Below, in pieces: positions 1 through 9,959 of a stretch of DNA of 64,000 nucleotides. Within the stretch, counting starts at the first letter, position 1, and the number at the start of each line of letters is the position of its first letter. Below the pieces are notes generated by a model that saw only the letters and a list, made by a program, of their open reading frames with translations, was not told where the DNA came from and made no database searches. The position numbers were made by a program, and so were the translations under genes. Origin of the DNA: Deltaproteobacteria bacterium (GTDB lineage: Bacteria > Myxococcota_A > UBA9042 > PHBI01); the NCBI GenBank assembly GCA_006226565.1, contig SBGO01000716.1, forward strand, positions 307-64,306. Direction: 5' to 3'.

Positions 1-1258
1 GGTCGACGACGCCGCCGGCGACTGGGCCGCGCTCGGGGCGCACCGCGAGGAGCCCGCCCGCTACGGTCACGTCGGCCCGGCCCGCGACCCCGAGCAGCAG
101 GCCATCGACCTCCTCGGCCCCCCGGACTATTCGGGCGCGGCGCTGGCCGCCGTCGACGCCATGGGGGCCGAAGCGCTCATCCAGGCCCTCGCCGCGAGCG
201 GGCTGCAGGGCAGGGGCGGCGCGGGCTTCCCGGCCCACGTCAAGTGGCGCTCGGTGTGCGACCAGGCCGACCCGGTGCGCTACGTCGTGCTCAACGCCGA
301 CGAGGGCGAGCCCGGGACCTTCAAGGACCGCGAGGTCCTGCTGCGCCGGCCCGACCGGGTCGTCGAGGGTCTCGCCATCGCGGCGCGCGTGGTCGGGGCG
401 AGCGACGTCTACCTCTACCTGCGGGGCGCCTTCGAGGGCCCGTGGCGCGCCGTCGAGGAGGCGATCGCGCGCTTCGCGGGTCTCCTGCCGGACCTGCGAT
501 TCCACCTCCACGCGGGTCACGGGGCGTACATCTGCGGCGAGGAGACGGCGCTGCTCGAGGCCCTCGAGGGGCGCCGCGGGATGCCGCGCCTCAAGCCGCC
601 CTATCCGACGGAGCGGGGGCTGTGGGGCCGTCCGACGCTGGTCCACAACGTCGAGACCATCGCCTGCGTACCGGCCATCGTCCTCCGCGGCGGTGACTGG
701 TTTCGCGGCCTCGGCGCGACCGAGCCCGGGAGCAAGCTCTACTGCGTCAGCGGGCACGTGCGCCGGCCCGGCGTCTACGAGCTGCCCCTCGGCGTCACGC
801 TCGACGCCCTGGTCGAGGCGGCCGGCGGCTACCTCGGCACGCCGCGCGCCTTCAGCCCGGGCGGCGCCAGCTCCGGGCTCCTCCCGATGACGCTCCGGGA
901 CGTGCCGCTGGACTACGCGACGCTCGCCGGCCACGGATCCATGCTCGGCTCGGCGGGGGTCGTCGTCCTGAACGACGCCGCCGATCTCGTCGCCGCCGTG
1001 CGCGCCCAGCTGGCCTTCTTCGAAGCCGAGAGCTGCGGTCAGTGCGCGCCCTGCCGCATTGGCACCCGCTGGCTCCGGGACCGCCTCGAACGCTGGCGCG
1101 CCGCGCGGGCGGCGGGAGAGGACGGCGTGGCCCTGCTCGCGCCGGTGCCGGACGTGGCCTGGGAGCTCGAAGAGGGCTCCATCTGCGGCCTCGGCGTGGC
1201 CGCTCCGCTGCCCCTGACGAGCCTGATGCGACACTTCCCCGAGGAGATCGCCCGATGA
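1..1258 (+). CDS. NAD-dependent formate dehydrogenase beta subunit / NuoF-like 51-kDa flavoprotein; 5' end lies outside the window (reading frame is open from base 2)
   Basis: GRGGAGFP NADH/FMN-binding motif and the C-terminal 4Fe-4S motif ESCGQCAPCR typical of NuoF/FdsB. The stop overlaps the next gene's start as ATGA. Confidence 0.85.
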   Translation, partial: VDDAAGDWAALGAHREEPARYGHVGPARDPEQQAIDLLGPPDYSGAALAAVDAMGAEALIQALAASGLQGRGGAGFPAHVKWRSVCDQADPVRYVVLNADEGEPGTFKDREVLLRRPDRVVEGLAIAARVVGASDVYLYLRGAFEGPWRAVEEAIARFAGLLPDLRFHLHAGHGAYICGEETALLEALEGRRGMPRLKPPYPTERGLWGRPTLVHNVETIACVPAIVLRGGDWFRGLGATEPGSKLYCVSGHVRRPGVYELPLGVTLDALVEAAGGYLGTPRAFSPGGASSGLLPMTLRDVPLDYATLAGHGSMLGSAGVVVLNDAADLVAAVRAQLAFFEAESCGQCAPCRIGTRWLRDRLERWRAARAAGEDGVALLAPVPDVAWELEEGSICGLGVAAPLPLTSLMRHFPEEIAR

Positions 1259-4056
1259 ACGATCCCAACCGGTCCCGCGTGCTCACCCTGACCCTCGATG
1301 GCCTCGAGGTGCCGTTCTCCGAGGGCGAGACGCTGCTGGACGTGGCCAAGCGCGTGGGCGTCACCATCCCGACCCTGTGTCACGATCCGCGCCTCGAGCC
1401 CGCCGGTGTCTGCCGGACGTGCCTCGTCGAGGTCGAGGGCTGGCGTCGCCTGGCGCCGTCCTGCGCGACGCAGGCGACGGCGGGGATGCGCGTGACGACG
1501 GACAGCGCGCGGGTCGAGCGGCACCGGAAGGGCCTGCTCGGGCTCTACGCGACCGACCACCCGGGCGACCGGGCCGCCGCCGAGCGCCGCGGGCCGGACG
1601 AGCTGCTGGCGATGATCGACCGCTACGGCGCGCGCGACGAGGCGCTCGGGGCGCTGTCGAGCCTGCGGGCGGGGCGGCCCAAGGACGCGAACCCCTACAT
1701 CGACTTCGACCCCGAGGCCTGCATCCTGTGCGAGCGCTGCGTGCGCTACTGCGACGAGGTCGAGGCCGTCAGCGCCATCACCCTGGCCGGGCGCGGCGCC
1801 CGCACGACGATCTCGACCGCCGACGGGATCGGGCTGCTCGACTCGAGCTGCGAGCTCTGCGGGGGCTGCGTCGACACCTGCCCGACCGGGGCGATGGCCG
1901 AGAAGCTGCCGCTCACGCGCGGCCTCCGAGCGGAGCGCGAGCTCGCCAAGGTCCGCACCACCTGCAACTTCTGCGGGGTCGGCTGCCAGCTCGACCTGAA
2001 CGTGGACCCCGGGGGCCGCGACGGGCGAGGGCAGGTGGTCAAGGTGACGAGCCCCGCGCCGGGGACGACGACGAACGACGGCAACCTCTGCGTGAAGGGC
2101 CGCTTCGCCTACGACTTCCTGCACCACGCCGACCGGCTGACGGCGCCGCTCGTGCGGGGGGCGGACGGGCAGCTCTACCCGACGACCTGGGACGACGCGC
2201 TCAGCCGCGCCGCCCAAGGGCTCCTCGGCGTCAAGGAGCGGCACGGGGCCGACGCCCTCGGCTTCGTGAGCTCCTCGCGCTGCACGGTCGAGGAGAACTA
2301 CCTGGTCCAGAAGCTCGCGCGGGCGGTGTTCGGCACCAACAACGTCCACCAGTGTGCCGCCACTTGACACGCTCCGACGGTGGCCGGTCTGGTCACCACC
2401 TTCGGCGCCGGCGCGATGACGAACTCCATCGGCGAGATCCGTGAGGCGGACTGCCTCTTCGTCATCGGCTCCAACACCACCGAGGCCCACCCCATCATCG
2501 CCATGGAGATGAAGCGGGCGGTCCGACGCGGGGCGACCCTCATCGTCGCCGACCCGCGCGCCATCTGGCTCTCCTCCATCGCGACGCGGCACCTGCAGCT
2601 CCGGCCCGGGACGGATGTGTGGCTCCTAAACGCGATGGCGCACGTCATCGTGACCGAGGGGCTCTGGGACCGGGCCTTCGTCGAGACCCACGTCGAGGGC
2701 TTCGAGGACGTCGCCGCGGCGGTGGCCGCGTACACGCCCGAGGAGGCCGAGCGCGTCACGGGCGTGGCCGCCGAGGACATCCGCTGGGCCGCGCGGACGT
2801 ACGCGCAGACGCCCAAAGCCGGCATCTACTACACCCTCGGGATCACCGAGCACTCGCATGGGACGGACAACGTCTACGCGCTGGCCAACCTGGTGCTCAT
2901 GACGGGGCATCTGGGGCGGGCGAGCGCGGGGATGAACCCGCTGCGCGGGCAGAACAACGTGCAGGGCGCCAACGACGCCGGCGCGAGCCCCATCTTCCTC
3001 CCGGGCTACCAGCGGGTGGACGACCCGGAGGCGCGGGCGCGCTACGAGCGGGCGTGGGGCGTGCCGCTGAGCCCGACGCCGGGGATGAACCTGAACGTGA
3101 TGATGAAGCGCGTGGGGAGCGACATCCGCGGGCTCTTCGTCATGGGCGAGGACATCGTGATGAGCGAGCCCAACGTGGCGCGCCTCGAGGAGGGGCTGAA
3201 CCGGGTGGAGTTCCTGGTGGTCCAGGACATCTTCCTGAACGAGACGGCGCGCTTCGCCGACGTCATCCTGCCGGCGGCGGCGTTCGCGGAGAAGGATGGG
3301 ACGTTCACGAACTCCGAGCGGCGCGTGCAGCTGGTGCGGAAGGCGGTCGAGCCCCCGGGAGAGGCGCGTGCGGACTGGGAGATCCTGGTCGAGCTGGCCC
3401 GTCGCAGCGGCGGGGCTTGGGCGCTGTCGAGCGCGGCCGAGGTCTACGACGAGATGGCGAAGGATGTGCCGCGGTTCGCCGGACTCAGCCACGCGCGATT
3501 GGCGCGCGAGGGCGGGCTCCAGTGGCCGTGCCCGACGCCGACGCATCCGGGGACGCGCTTTCTGCACGAGGGCCGCATCCTGCGGGGCAAGGGGCTGATG
3601 GTGCCGGTGGCCTACCGGCAATCCCTGGAGCTGGCGGACGAGCTCTACCCGCTCGTCCTGTCGACGGGGCGCACGCTGTACCACTACAACGCGGCGACCC
3701 AGACGCGGCGCGAGTCGGGGCTCGCGGCCAAGCAGCAGGAGGCGTGGGTGGAGTTGCACCCGGCGGACGCCAAGCGGCGCGGCATCGGCGACGGCGACCA
3801 GGTCGAGGTGCGAACCCGGCGTGGCGCGGTGACGGTGCGGGCGGTCTGGTCCCGCCAGGTGCGCCGGGGCGCGATTTGGATGCCCTTCCACTTCGCCGAG
3901 GCCCGCGCGAACCTCCTGACCAACGACGCCGGCGACCCCGTCACCCAGACCGCCGAGTACAAGGTCTGCGCCGCCGACGTCCGCCGCCTGGACGCGCCCC
4001 CATCGCCGTCCTTCCTCCCGGGCAGCTTCTATCGCGACCGCGATCCCGAAGGGTAG
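1255..4056 (+). CDS. Formate dehydrogenase alpha subunit (FdsA/FdhF-type molybdopterin enzyme with a NuoG-like N-terminal Fe-S region); selenoprotein with an in-frame TGA at 2365..2367
   Basis: ORFs 1042..2367 and 2380..4056 are in the same frame and are separated only by a TGA. Its context CAAT-U-HAPTVAGLVTTFGAGAMTNS matches the E. coli FdhF Sec site CARV-U-HGPSVAGL...GNGAMSNA. The N-terminus carries 2Fe-2S and 4Fe-4S Cys clusters (CHDPRLEPAGVCRTC, CILCERCVRYC, CELCGGCVDTCP). The molybdopterin region aligns with FdhF through the C-terminus (YKVCA). Confidence 0.85.
2368..2410 (+). promoter_or_regulatory. SECIS-like stem-loop immediately 3' of the Sec UGA
   Basis: A 10-bp stem with one mismatch (ccgacggtgg at 2374..2383 pairing with ccaccttcgg at 2396..2405) closes a 12-nt loop, ccggtctggtca, that contains GGUC twice. 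The position directly downstream of UGA is as expected for a bacterial SECIS. Confidence 0.5.
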
Positions 4057-4119
4057 GGCGGCCGGACCCTCAACGCCGCGCTGAAGGCGCGGTTCGGCAT
4101 CTCGTGAGGTGAGAACCCC

Positions 4120-4443
4120 ATGTGTCGAAACATCAAGCTGCTGTTCAACTTCGAGCCACCGGCGACGGAGGCGGAGATCCGGGCGTCGGCGCTCCAGTAC
4201 GTCCGCAAGGTGTCGGGACTCCAGAAGCCGTCGGCGGCGAACCAGGCGGCGTGCGACCGGGCTGTCGCGGAGATCGCCGCCATCACGCGGCGTCTCCTTC
4301 TCGATGAGCTAGAGACCCGCGCCACGCCGCGGGACAGGGCGGTCGAGCGCGAGCGCGCGAAGGCGCGTGGACAGGACCGGGAGGTGCGCCTCCGCGCCCG
4401 CATCGCGGCCGAGAGCCGTCCGAAAGCACCCTCGCCGAGCTAG
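4120..4443 (+). CDS. DUF2277-family small protein
   Basis: N-terminus MCRNIKLLFNFEPPATEAEIRASALQYVRKVSG matches the conserved DUF2277 start. It follows the formate dehydrogenase alpha gene. Confidence 0.6.
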   Translation: MCRNIKLLFNFEPPATEAEIRASALQYVRKVSGLQKPSAANQAACDRAVAEIAAITRRLLLDELETRATPRDRAVERERAKARGQDREVRLRARIAAESRPKAPSPS

Positions 4444-5969
4444 CTCCATCCCCCCGCCGCGGCCCAGTCCCGGAACACGTGGACGGGCTCGCAGACTGCG
4501 TGCAGCCCGGTTTGACCGCGCTTGCCGATCTGGACGCCGTGGAAGCGGGTGCCTGTCTCGCGGGCGAGCTCGACGGAGCGGACGAGCTGCGTCGGAGCGG
4601 GCCACTCGCCGTCGCTGACGAAGACGACGTCGGCCTTCCGCCACGCGCTCTCCTCGAGTCGGGAGAGCACCCTGGTCAGGACGCCGACTTCGTCGTTGCC
4701 GCCGCCGAACGAGAAGCCCAGGAAGGAGAGCAGCCGGCCGACGCCGTCCGGCGACAGGTCGAGCTCGTGCTCGAGCACTTGGCCTGGTCCGCTGTAGGCG
4801 TAGAGGAAGCACCGCCGCTTCTCGGCGTGCGCGGTGCGCGCCGCCTCGAGGACGATGGCCTTCGCCACCTGCTCTGGGAGCCCGTGCATCGATCCGGATG
4901 TGTCGATGATCGCGATGATTGGTCCGCGCTCGGGCCTTGGTCGCTTCCGCTCGACCTCGACGTGGTCTTCGCGCGCCACCCAGGAACGAACCACCTCGAC
5001 ACCTTCTACGCGGTATGCCAGCAGGGCGCGCTCCGCCCGTCGTGCGTGCCAGGCGAGTCGGAGCTTCTGGTGCCCGAGCATCACCGCCTCGATCGGGAGC
5101 ATCCGGGCGATCTCGCCGCTGCGCTCGATGCCTCGAGTCTCCGCGGGAACGAGGGGTGTCGGGACCTCGTGAAGTTCCTCTTCGAGGCGGCGCACCGGCT
5201 CGAGGATCGTCTCGGCGACGGATGGCCCGTCGTCCGTGGCGTGGAGACGGCCGAGCGCGCGGACGATGTCGCGGAGCTGGGGGAGCTTCTCGACGAGGTC
5301 ACGGAGGCGCAGGAGGTCGAGCCATCCCGTGTGCTTGAGGACGCCGGTCGACAGGTCCCAGCCGCGGCCGAGCATCTGTCCGAGATCTCCGAAGACATCC
5401 GCGATCTCGGTCCACGCGCGGGCGCGCTCGCCCCACGTCGCCGTCATCTTCGGGTCTGCGGCCATGGCGCGTGCGGCGATCTCCCGCTCGGCCGCCGCCC
5501 GCAGCCGTTGTATGACGTCGTCGTCGAGCTGGACTGCACGGACGGCGCGCTTCTCGCGTCGCGCTCGCGCGGCCTCTTCCTCCGCGTGTCGGACGCGCTC
5601 GACCTCCTCGAGCTCGCGCAGCCGGTCGGCGACCTGGGAGCGAAGCTCGACGTCCTGGCGTCCGAATGCCTCCAGGATGTCGGCCATCAGTGCGTCGACG
5701 AGTTCGGGTTGGTCCCTGCAGAACCGCGCCAGCCCCATGTCCGACAGCGCTTTGCGAACAGGAACGTCGAGTGGTGCGTCGGGCCAGGTCCCGGGCGTGG
5801 GGAGCCGTCCGGCGAGGAGGGCGTCGTACCACGCACGCACGCCCTCGACGCGCTGCTCCAGGGTGCCGATGGGGAGCGTGACGACCGCCGGCACGACGTG
5901 CAGAGGGCAAACGTCGAGGAAGGCGTAGCGGCGCTCCAGCGCGCCAGCTTCGAATCCGGCCGCCATCAT
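4440..5969 (-). CDS. von Willebrand factor A (VWA) domain protein, ViaA-like partner of the adjacent AAA ATPase
   Basis: C-terminal half has the MIDAS motif IIAIIDTSGSM (DxSxS). Its start ATG overlaps the stop of the upstream ATPase gene as ATGA. Confidence 0.7.
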   Translation of the reverse strand: MMAAGFEAGALERRYAFLDVCPLHVVPAVVTLPIGTLEQRVEGVRAWYDALLAGRLPTPGTWPDAPLDVPVRKALSDMGLARFCRDQPELVDALMADILEAFGRQDVELRSQVADRLRELEEVERVRHAEEEAARARREKRAVRAVQLDDDVIQRLRAAAEREIAARAMAADPKMTATWGERARAWTEIADVFGDLGQMLGRGWDLSTGVLKHTGWLDLLRLRDLVEKLPQLRDIVRALGRLHATDDGPSVAETILEPVRRLEEELHEVPTPLVPAETRGIERSGEIARMLPIEAVMLGHQKLRLAWHARRAERALLAYRVEGVEVVRSWVAREDHVEVERKRPRPERGPIIAIIDTSGSMHGLPEQVAKAIVLEAARTAHAEKRRCFLYAYSGPGQVLEHELDLSPDGVGRLLSFLGFSFGGGNDEVGVLTRVLSRLEESAWRKADVVFVSDGEWPAPTQLVRSVELARETGTRFHGVQIGKRGQTGLHAVCEPVHVFRDWAAAGGWS

Positions 5970-7651
5970 CGACCTCGCGACGGCGTCGCCTCCGGCCTGA
6001 TCTGCAGAGTCTTCGGTTCGCCGTTGGCTGAACGTGCGTCTGGATTCTGCTCACGTGGGAGGCCGTCGAAGCCCTCGCGAAGCTTGGCGACGCGCGCCAG
6101 CAGCGTGTCGACCTCTTGTCGTGTGCGCGCGAGGGTTTGCGCCGCTGGTCCAACAAACTCTGGTGTGACCCAGAGGTGCTCGCGGATCTCGGCCTCAAGT
6201 GAATAGACGTGCGCGTGCAGTCGGTCGCTGTAGCTATCCACATCGGACATGAGCCCATCCAGCTCGCGTATGCATTGGTCGATGTAGAAACCCTTGTGGC
6301 GAGTCGGTTCGAGGAGCGGCAAGAGGCCAATATCCTCCATCAGCCAGTTGCTTTGGTCCGCGAGGTAGGCATCGCGTCCGGACCAGTGCGGGAACTCCTG
6401 CAAGCCGTAGTTGCGATCGTTTACGTAGAGTGTGTCGAGTTCATTCCGAGTGAACCCACGGCCACCGTTCTTCCGGTCGGTGACCTTTGTTCGGTTGTAG
6501 CTCCGCCCGTTCTCGTAGGCTTCGGTCGGAGCGAGGAACAACGGTTTCGAGTCACGGCGGGCCTGTGCCATGCCCTTCGTTTGCGTCGTGTGCTTCCCAT
6601 CCACCGCCTTGAAGAGGGGACGACCGCTGCTGTCCCGCATCTGAGACCGACTGTCCCTGTCCGCTTGGAGTCGCGCTTCCCAGGACACGACGATAGTTGT
6701 GAGGCGCGACGGATCCATTGCGGCGGAGGCGCCGACGCGCGCGGCGTACCAGTCGTAGGCCTTCTCCCGTGCTTCGGGGGCGTCCCACACGCAGTGCTGG
6801 AGCAGCCAGCAGTCCCAGATAGAGACCCGCGTTCGGCCGTTCGTCACAGCCGAGACTTGGAGAAGCTTCACGATCTTCCGCCATCGGCGGTCCGAGACCG
6901 GGATCTGTTCCGCGGCGCACCAGTCGCGGAGGTCGCAGAGCAGGGCGACGACGTCTTCCGGAACCTCGACCGCCTCAGCCGCCCCCTGAATCGTCTCGAG
7001 CTCGTGGCGGCTGAGCAGGAGGTCGCCCGGCACGTTGAGGGTCGCCTGGCCCCTCAGGCCGAGGAGAGCAGGGAAGCCGTCCTTGGACACCGGCCCGACG
7101 TGGAGCCGGAGCAGAAAACGGTCGAAGAGGGCGTCGAGCTCCTCGCCTTCGGGAAGCTCGTTGCTGGCCCCGATGACCGCGACGAGCGGCGTCCGCTCTC
7201 GAACGGCGCCGTTGTCGAACTCACGCTCGTTCAGGAGCGTGAGCAGCGCGTTGAGGATGGCGCTGTTCGCCTTGAAGATCTCGTCGAGGAACGCGACGGA
7301 GGCCTTCGGGAGATACGCGTCCGTCAGGCGCTCGTAGCGGTCTTCCTCGAGGCCCTTGATGGACAGGGGCCCGAAGAGCTCCTCGGGGACCGTGAAGCGC
7401 GTCAGCAGTCGCTCGAAGTACGTCGACCCGTCGAAGGCCAGATGAAGCCGGCGTGCGACGAGGCTCTTCGCCGTCCCTGGCGGCCCAACCATCACGAGGT
7501 GCTCGCCGGCGAGCGCGGCGAGCAGCGCCAGGCGGACCGCGACGTCGCGCTCGACGAGGCCCTCCGTGAGCGCATCGCGCAGCGCCCGCAGCTTCTTGAC
7601 GAGGCTCTCGACCTTCACGGGGGCCCGCGTCGTGTCCCGGGTGTCGTTCAT
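5966..7651 (-). CDS. MoxR/RavA-class AAA+ ATPase
   Basis: Walker A VMVGPPGTAKS, Walker B AFLDEIFKA and sensor VIGASNELP. The roughly 250-aa C-terminal region is not recognisable. Confidence 0.75.
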   Translation of the reverse strand: MNDTRDTTRAPVKVESLVKKLRALRDALTEGLVERDVAVRLALLAALAGEHLVMVGPPGTAKSLVARRLHLAFDGSTYFERLLTRFTVPEELFGPLSIKGLEEDRYERLTDAYLPKASVAFLDEIFKANSAILNALLTLLNEREFDNGAVRERTPLVAVIGASNELPEGEELDALFDRFLLRLHVGPVSKDGFPALLGLRGQATLNVPGDLLLSRHELETIQGAAEAVEVPEDVVALLCDLRDWCAAEQIPVSDRRWRKIVKLLQVSAVTNGRTRVSIWDCWLLQHCVWDAPEAREKAYDWYAARVGASAAMDPSRLTTIVVSWEARLQADRDSRSQMRDSSGRPLFKAVDGKHTTQTKGMAQARRDSKPLFLAPTEAYENGRSYNRTKVTDRKNGGRGFTRNELDTLYVNDRNYGLQEFPHWSGRDAYLADQSNWLMEDIGLLPLLEPTRHKGFYIDQCIRELDGLMSDVDSYSDRLHAHVYSLEAEIREHLWVTPEFVGPAAQTLARTRQEVDTLLARVAKLREGFDGLPREQNPDARSANGEPKTLQIRPEATPSRGR

Positions 7652-7928
7652 CGCGTTCCTCGTAGTGCTTTCGACGGCTCGGGGCCGTTCGGCTTGTCAG
7701 GACTCCAGAGAATGCCGTGCCCTCCGTCGACTGACCAGGAGAGCACGATGTTCAACGGCCGCAACGAACAAAGGCGTGTCGTGCTCGTCACGGGGCGGCG
7801 AACTCAGGGCGAGAATCGCCGAGCGGCATCTCGTCGTCGGCCTCCGCCTTCGCCTCCAGGCCATCGAGGAGTTTCCAAGCTGCGTCTCTCGCGTCCAGCA
7901 TCGCGCGCCGGGAGCTTTGACGTCTGGG

Positions 7929-8321
7929 TCATGTCGTTTCGTCTTTGGCTAGTTCGTTGTCCATCAGCGCCAGCTCTTCATCCGACCACCGACGCAGCTC
8001 ATCGAGGAAGCGCAGTGCGGTCTCTCCTTTGGCTGTGATCTGGTAGGCGACCCCAAGCGGCCGCGTCTCGAGCACTCGCCGGTCGATCAGGCCATGGGTT
8101 TCGAGGTGCCTCAGGCGTTCCGAGATCATCTTCTTGCTCGCCCCACCGACCATCCGCGCGAGGTCATTGAACCTTACGGGCTCGTCTTTCAGGTGCCACA
8201 GGATTGACCCGGTCCACTTCCCGCCAAGCACGCGCATTCCCCTCTCGATCGCGCATGGCTCTGTGCATGCCTCAACGGCGATTTTCCGGCCGCCGTCATC
8301 ACTCTCGATTCGGGCGTCCAT
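7929..8321 (-). CDS. HxlR-family winged-helix transcriptional regulator
   Basis: CAIERGMRVLGGKWTGSILWHLKDEPVRFNDL...GLIDRRV is a typical HxlR/MarR-like wHTH. It is divergent from the quinone reductase gene. Confidence 0.8.
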   Translation of the reverse strand: MDARIESDDGGRKIAVEACTEPCAIERGMRVLGGKWTGSILWHLKDEPVRFNDLARMVGGASKKMISERLRHLETHGLIDRRVLETRPLGVAYQITAKGETALRFLDELRRWSDEELALMDNELAKDETT

Positions 8322-8427
8322 GCACCCTCCATGAAGGTTACGAAAAGTATACTGGTTGACTATTGAAACCTGTCAACTACGTTTTGCCGCGGCTGCGAAC
8401 CAACGCGCCCACGGCACCCACGAACCG
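8322..8427. promoter_or_regulatory. Divergent promoter/operator region between the HxlR and MdaB-like genes, with inverted repeat GTTGAC-N11-GTCAAC
   Basis: An AT-rich island in a GC-rich genome. GTTGAC at 8355..8360 and GTCAAC at 8372..8377, with flanking bases extending an imperfect 8-bp arm. Confidence 0.4.
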
Positions 8428-9054
8428 ATGGAGGAGAGCTTGAAGAACGTGCTGATCATCAATGGTCACCAGCCATATCCCTTCGCAAAGGGACGGCTTA
8501 GCGGGACCTTTGTCGCGCTCACGCGAGAACACCTCGAGCGCTGTGGCTACGAGGTCGAGCTCACCGAGGTGTCGAAGGGCTGGGATGTCGAGACCGAGGT
8601 CTCGCGGCACCAGTGGGCGGACGCTCTAGTGATGCAGATCCCCATCAACTGGATGGGAACGCCGTGGTCCCTCAAGAAGTACATGGATGAGGTCTACACT
8701 GCCGGGATGGACGGGCGTCTGTGCCGCGGCGACGGCCGCCGCGGCCCCGGTCAAGATCACCTCTACGGGCTTGGCGGCGCGCTCACAGACACGCGGTACA
8801 TGCTCTCGCTGACGTTCAACGCGCCTCGTGACGCGTTCGAGAACCCCGGCGCGGCGTTCTTCGGACAACGGACGGTGGATGACCTGCTCTGGCCAATGCA
8901 TCTGAATTTGAGGTTCTTCGGCATGACGGCGCTGCCGACCTTCTCGGCTCACGACGTGATGAAGAACCCTGACATCGAAGCCGACCTGGCGCGATTCCGC
9001 GCGCACCTGGAGGGCGCCTTTCCGGCGCTCTGTGCAGAGCAGGAGGTCGCATGA
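8428..9054 (+). CDS. mdaB: MdaB-like NADPH:quinone oxidoreductase (flavodoxin-like fold)
   Basis: NVLIINGHQPYPFAKGRLSGTF...ADALVMQIPINWMGTPWSLKKYMDEVYT...YMLSLTFNAPRDAF aligns along its length with E. coli MdaB. The start is taken at ATG 8428 (MEESLKNV) rather than the upstream ORF start. Confidence 0.8.
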   Translation: MEESLKNVLIINGHQPYPFAKGRLSGTFVALTREHLERCGYEVELTEVSKGWDVETEVSRHQWADALVMQIPINWMGTPWSLKKYMDEVYTAGMDGRLCRGDGRRGPGQDHLYGLGGALTDTRYMLSLTFNAPRDAFENPGAAFFGQRTVDDLLWPMHLNLRFFGMTALPTFSAHDVMKNPDIEADLARFRAHLEGAFPALCAEQEVA

Positions 9055-9587
9055 CCACGTTCAAGCTACAGGCGGGTCATCGCTTCCCCACCCTCGAGGT
9101 GTCCGGCGAGGACGGCGTGCGCGACCTTTCGAAGCCGCTCGGCAGCTGCGACTGGATGATGGTGGTCGTCTATCGCGGTCGGCATTGTCCCATGTGCACC
9201 CGGTACCTCAACAAGCTCGGCGCGTTCATCGCCGAGCTCGCCGAGATCGGGGTCGAAGTGGCCGCGGTCTCGGGCGACAGCCAGGACCAGCTGGCTCGCC
9301 ACCGGGACGCGCTCGACGTGGCGTTCCCGCTCTTCCACGGCCTGTCCGTGGCGCAGATGAAAGCGCTCGGCCTCTACGTCTCCGACCCGAGGTCGCCGCA
9401 GGAGACGGATCACCCGTTCGCCGAGCCGGGGCTTTTCGTCATCAACGAGCACGGGACACTCCAGGTCGTTGACATCTCCAACAATCCATTCGTGCGACCG
9501 GAGCTGAACACGTTGGTCTCGGGGCTACGATGGATCCGCGATCCGGAAAACAACTATCCCATCCGTGGGACGCACCCGTACGAATGA
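9051..9587 (+). CDS. Redoxin/AhpC-TSA family thiol peroxidase-like protein
   Basis: The HCPMC motif sits in a thioredoxin-fold context (VVVYRGRHCPMCTRYL...LFVINEHGTL). ATGA overlap with the upstream MdaB-like gene. Confidence 0.6.
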   Translation: MTTFKLQAGHRFPTLEVSGEDGVRDLSKPLGSCDWMMVVVYRGRHCPMCTRYLNKLGAFIAELAEIGVEVAAVSGDSQDQLARHRDALDVAFPLFHGLSVAQMKALGLYVSDPRSPQETDHPFAEPGLFVINEHGTLQVVDISNNPFVRPELNTLVSGLRWIRDPENNYPIRGTHPYE

Positions 9588-9631
9588 GCTGACGCCGGCC
9601 ACCGCGCCGCCGCACCCAGACGGACCACGCA

Positions 9632-9670
9632 GAAACGCCCAGGCATTGCTGCATGGGCGTCTCGTGGCTC
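9632..9670 (+). repeat. 39-bp direct repeat, copy 1 (gaaacgcccaggcattgctgcAtgggcgtctcgtggctc); contains a hairpin cgcccaggc-attgct-gcctgggcg
   Basis: Identical to 14814..14852 apart from one base (A versus C). It lies between convergent gene ends. Confidence 0.8.
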
Positions 9671-9959
9671 AAATAGCATCTGCCTTAGGTTCCGCCAGGT
9701 TGCGGTGATTGCGTCTCGCAACCCCGCGTTGTCGCAGGGTCTTTCGATCTGTCGACCGGCGGGTCGAGTTTCGCCTTTGCGGATGAAGGGGCAGGGCGGA
9801 ACGCCGGGACGAACCGGCGCGAGGAGCCCTTCAGCTCCAAGGTTGCCCGCTGCTCGTGATCCTGCGCTCGGCCTGCTGAAGCTCTCGCAGAAAGTTACGC
9901 TTTGCGTGCCGTTGTGCGAGAGGTTCAGCAACGAACCGGCTGCGGCGGTGCGGACCGGG

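Noticed and set aside
244-3891. Numerous long alternative-frame and antisense ORFs across the formate dehydrogenase region (for example 244..696, 852..1367, 1039..2592, 1377..2444, 2619..4112, 2626..3891)
   Set aside because: Their translations are Arg/Gly/Pro/Ala-rich low-complexity sequences typical of off-frame reading of roughly 70% GC DNA. The in-frame formate dehydrogenase subunit sequences are strongly conserved. The same reasoning applies to the many similar ORFs elsewhere (for example 9925..10803, 21056..23434, 26164..28542, 31638..32774, 35969..37633, 52862..54898).
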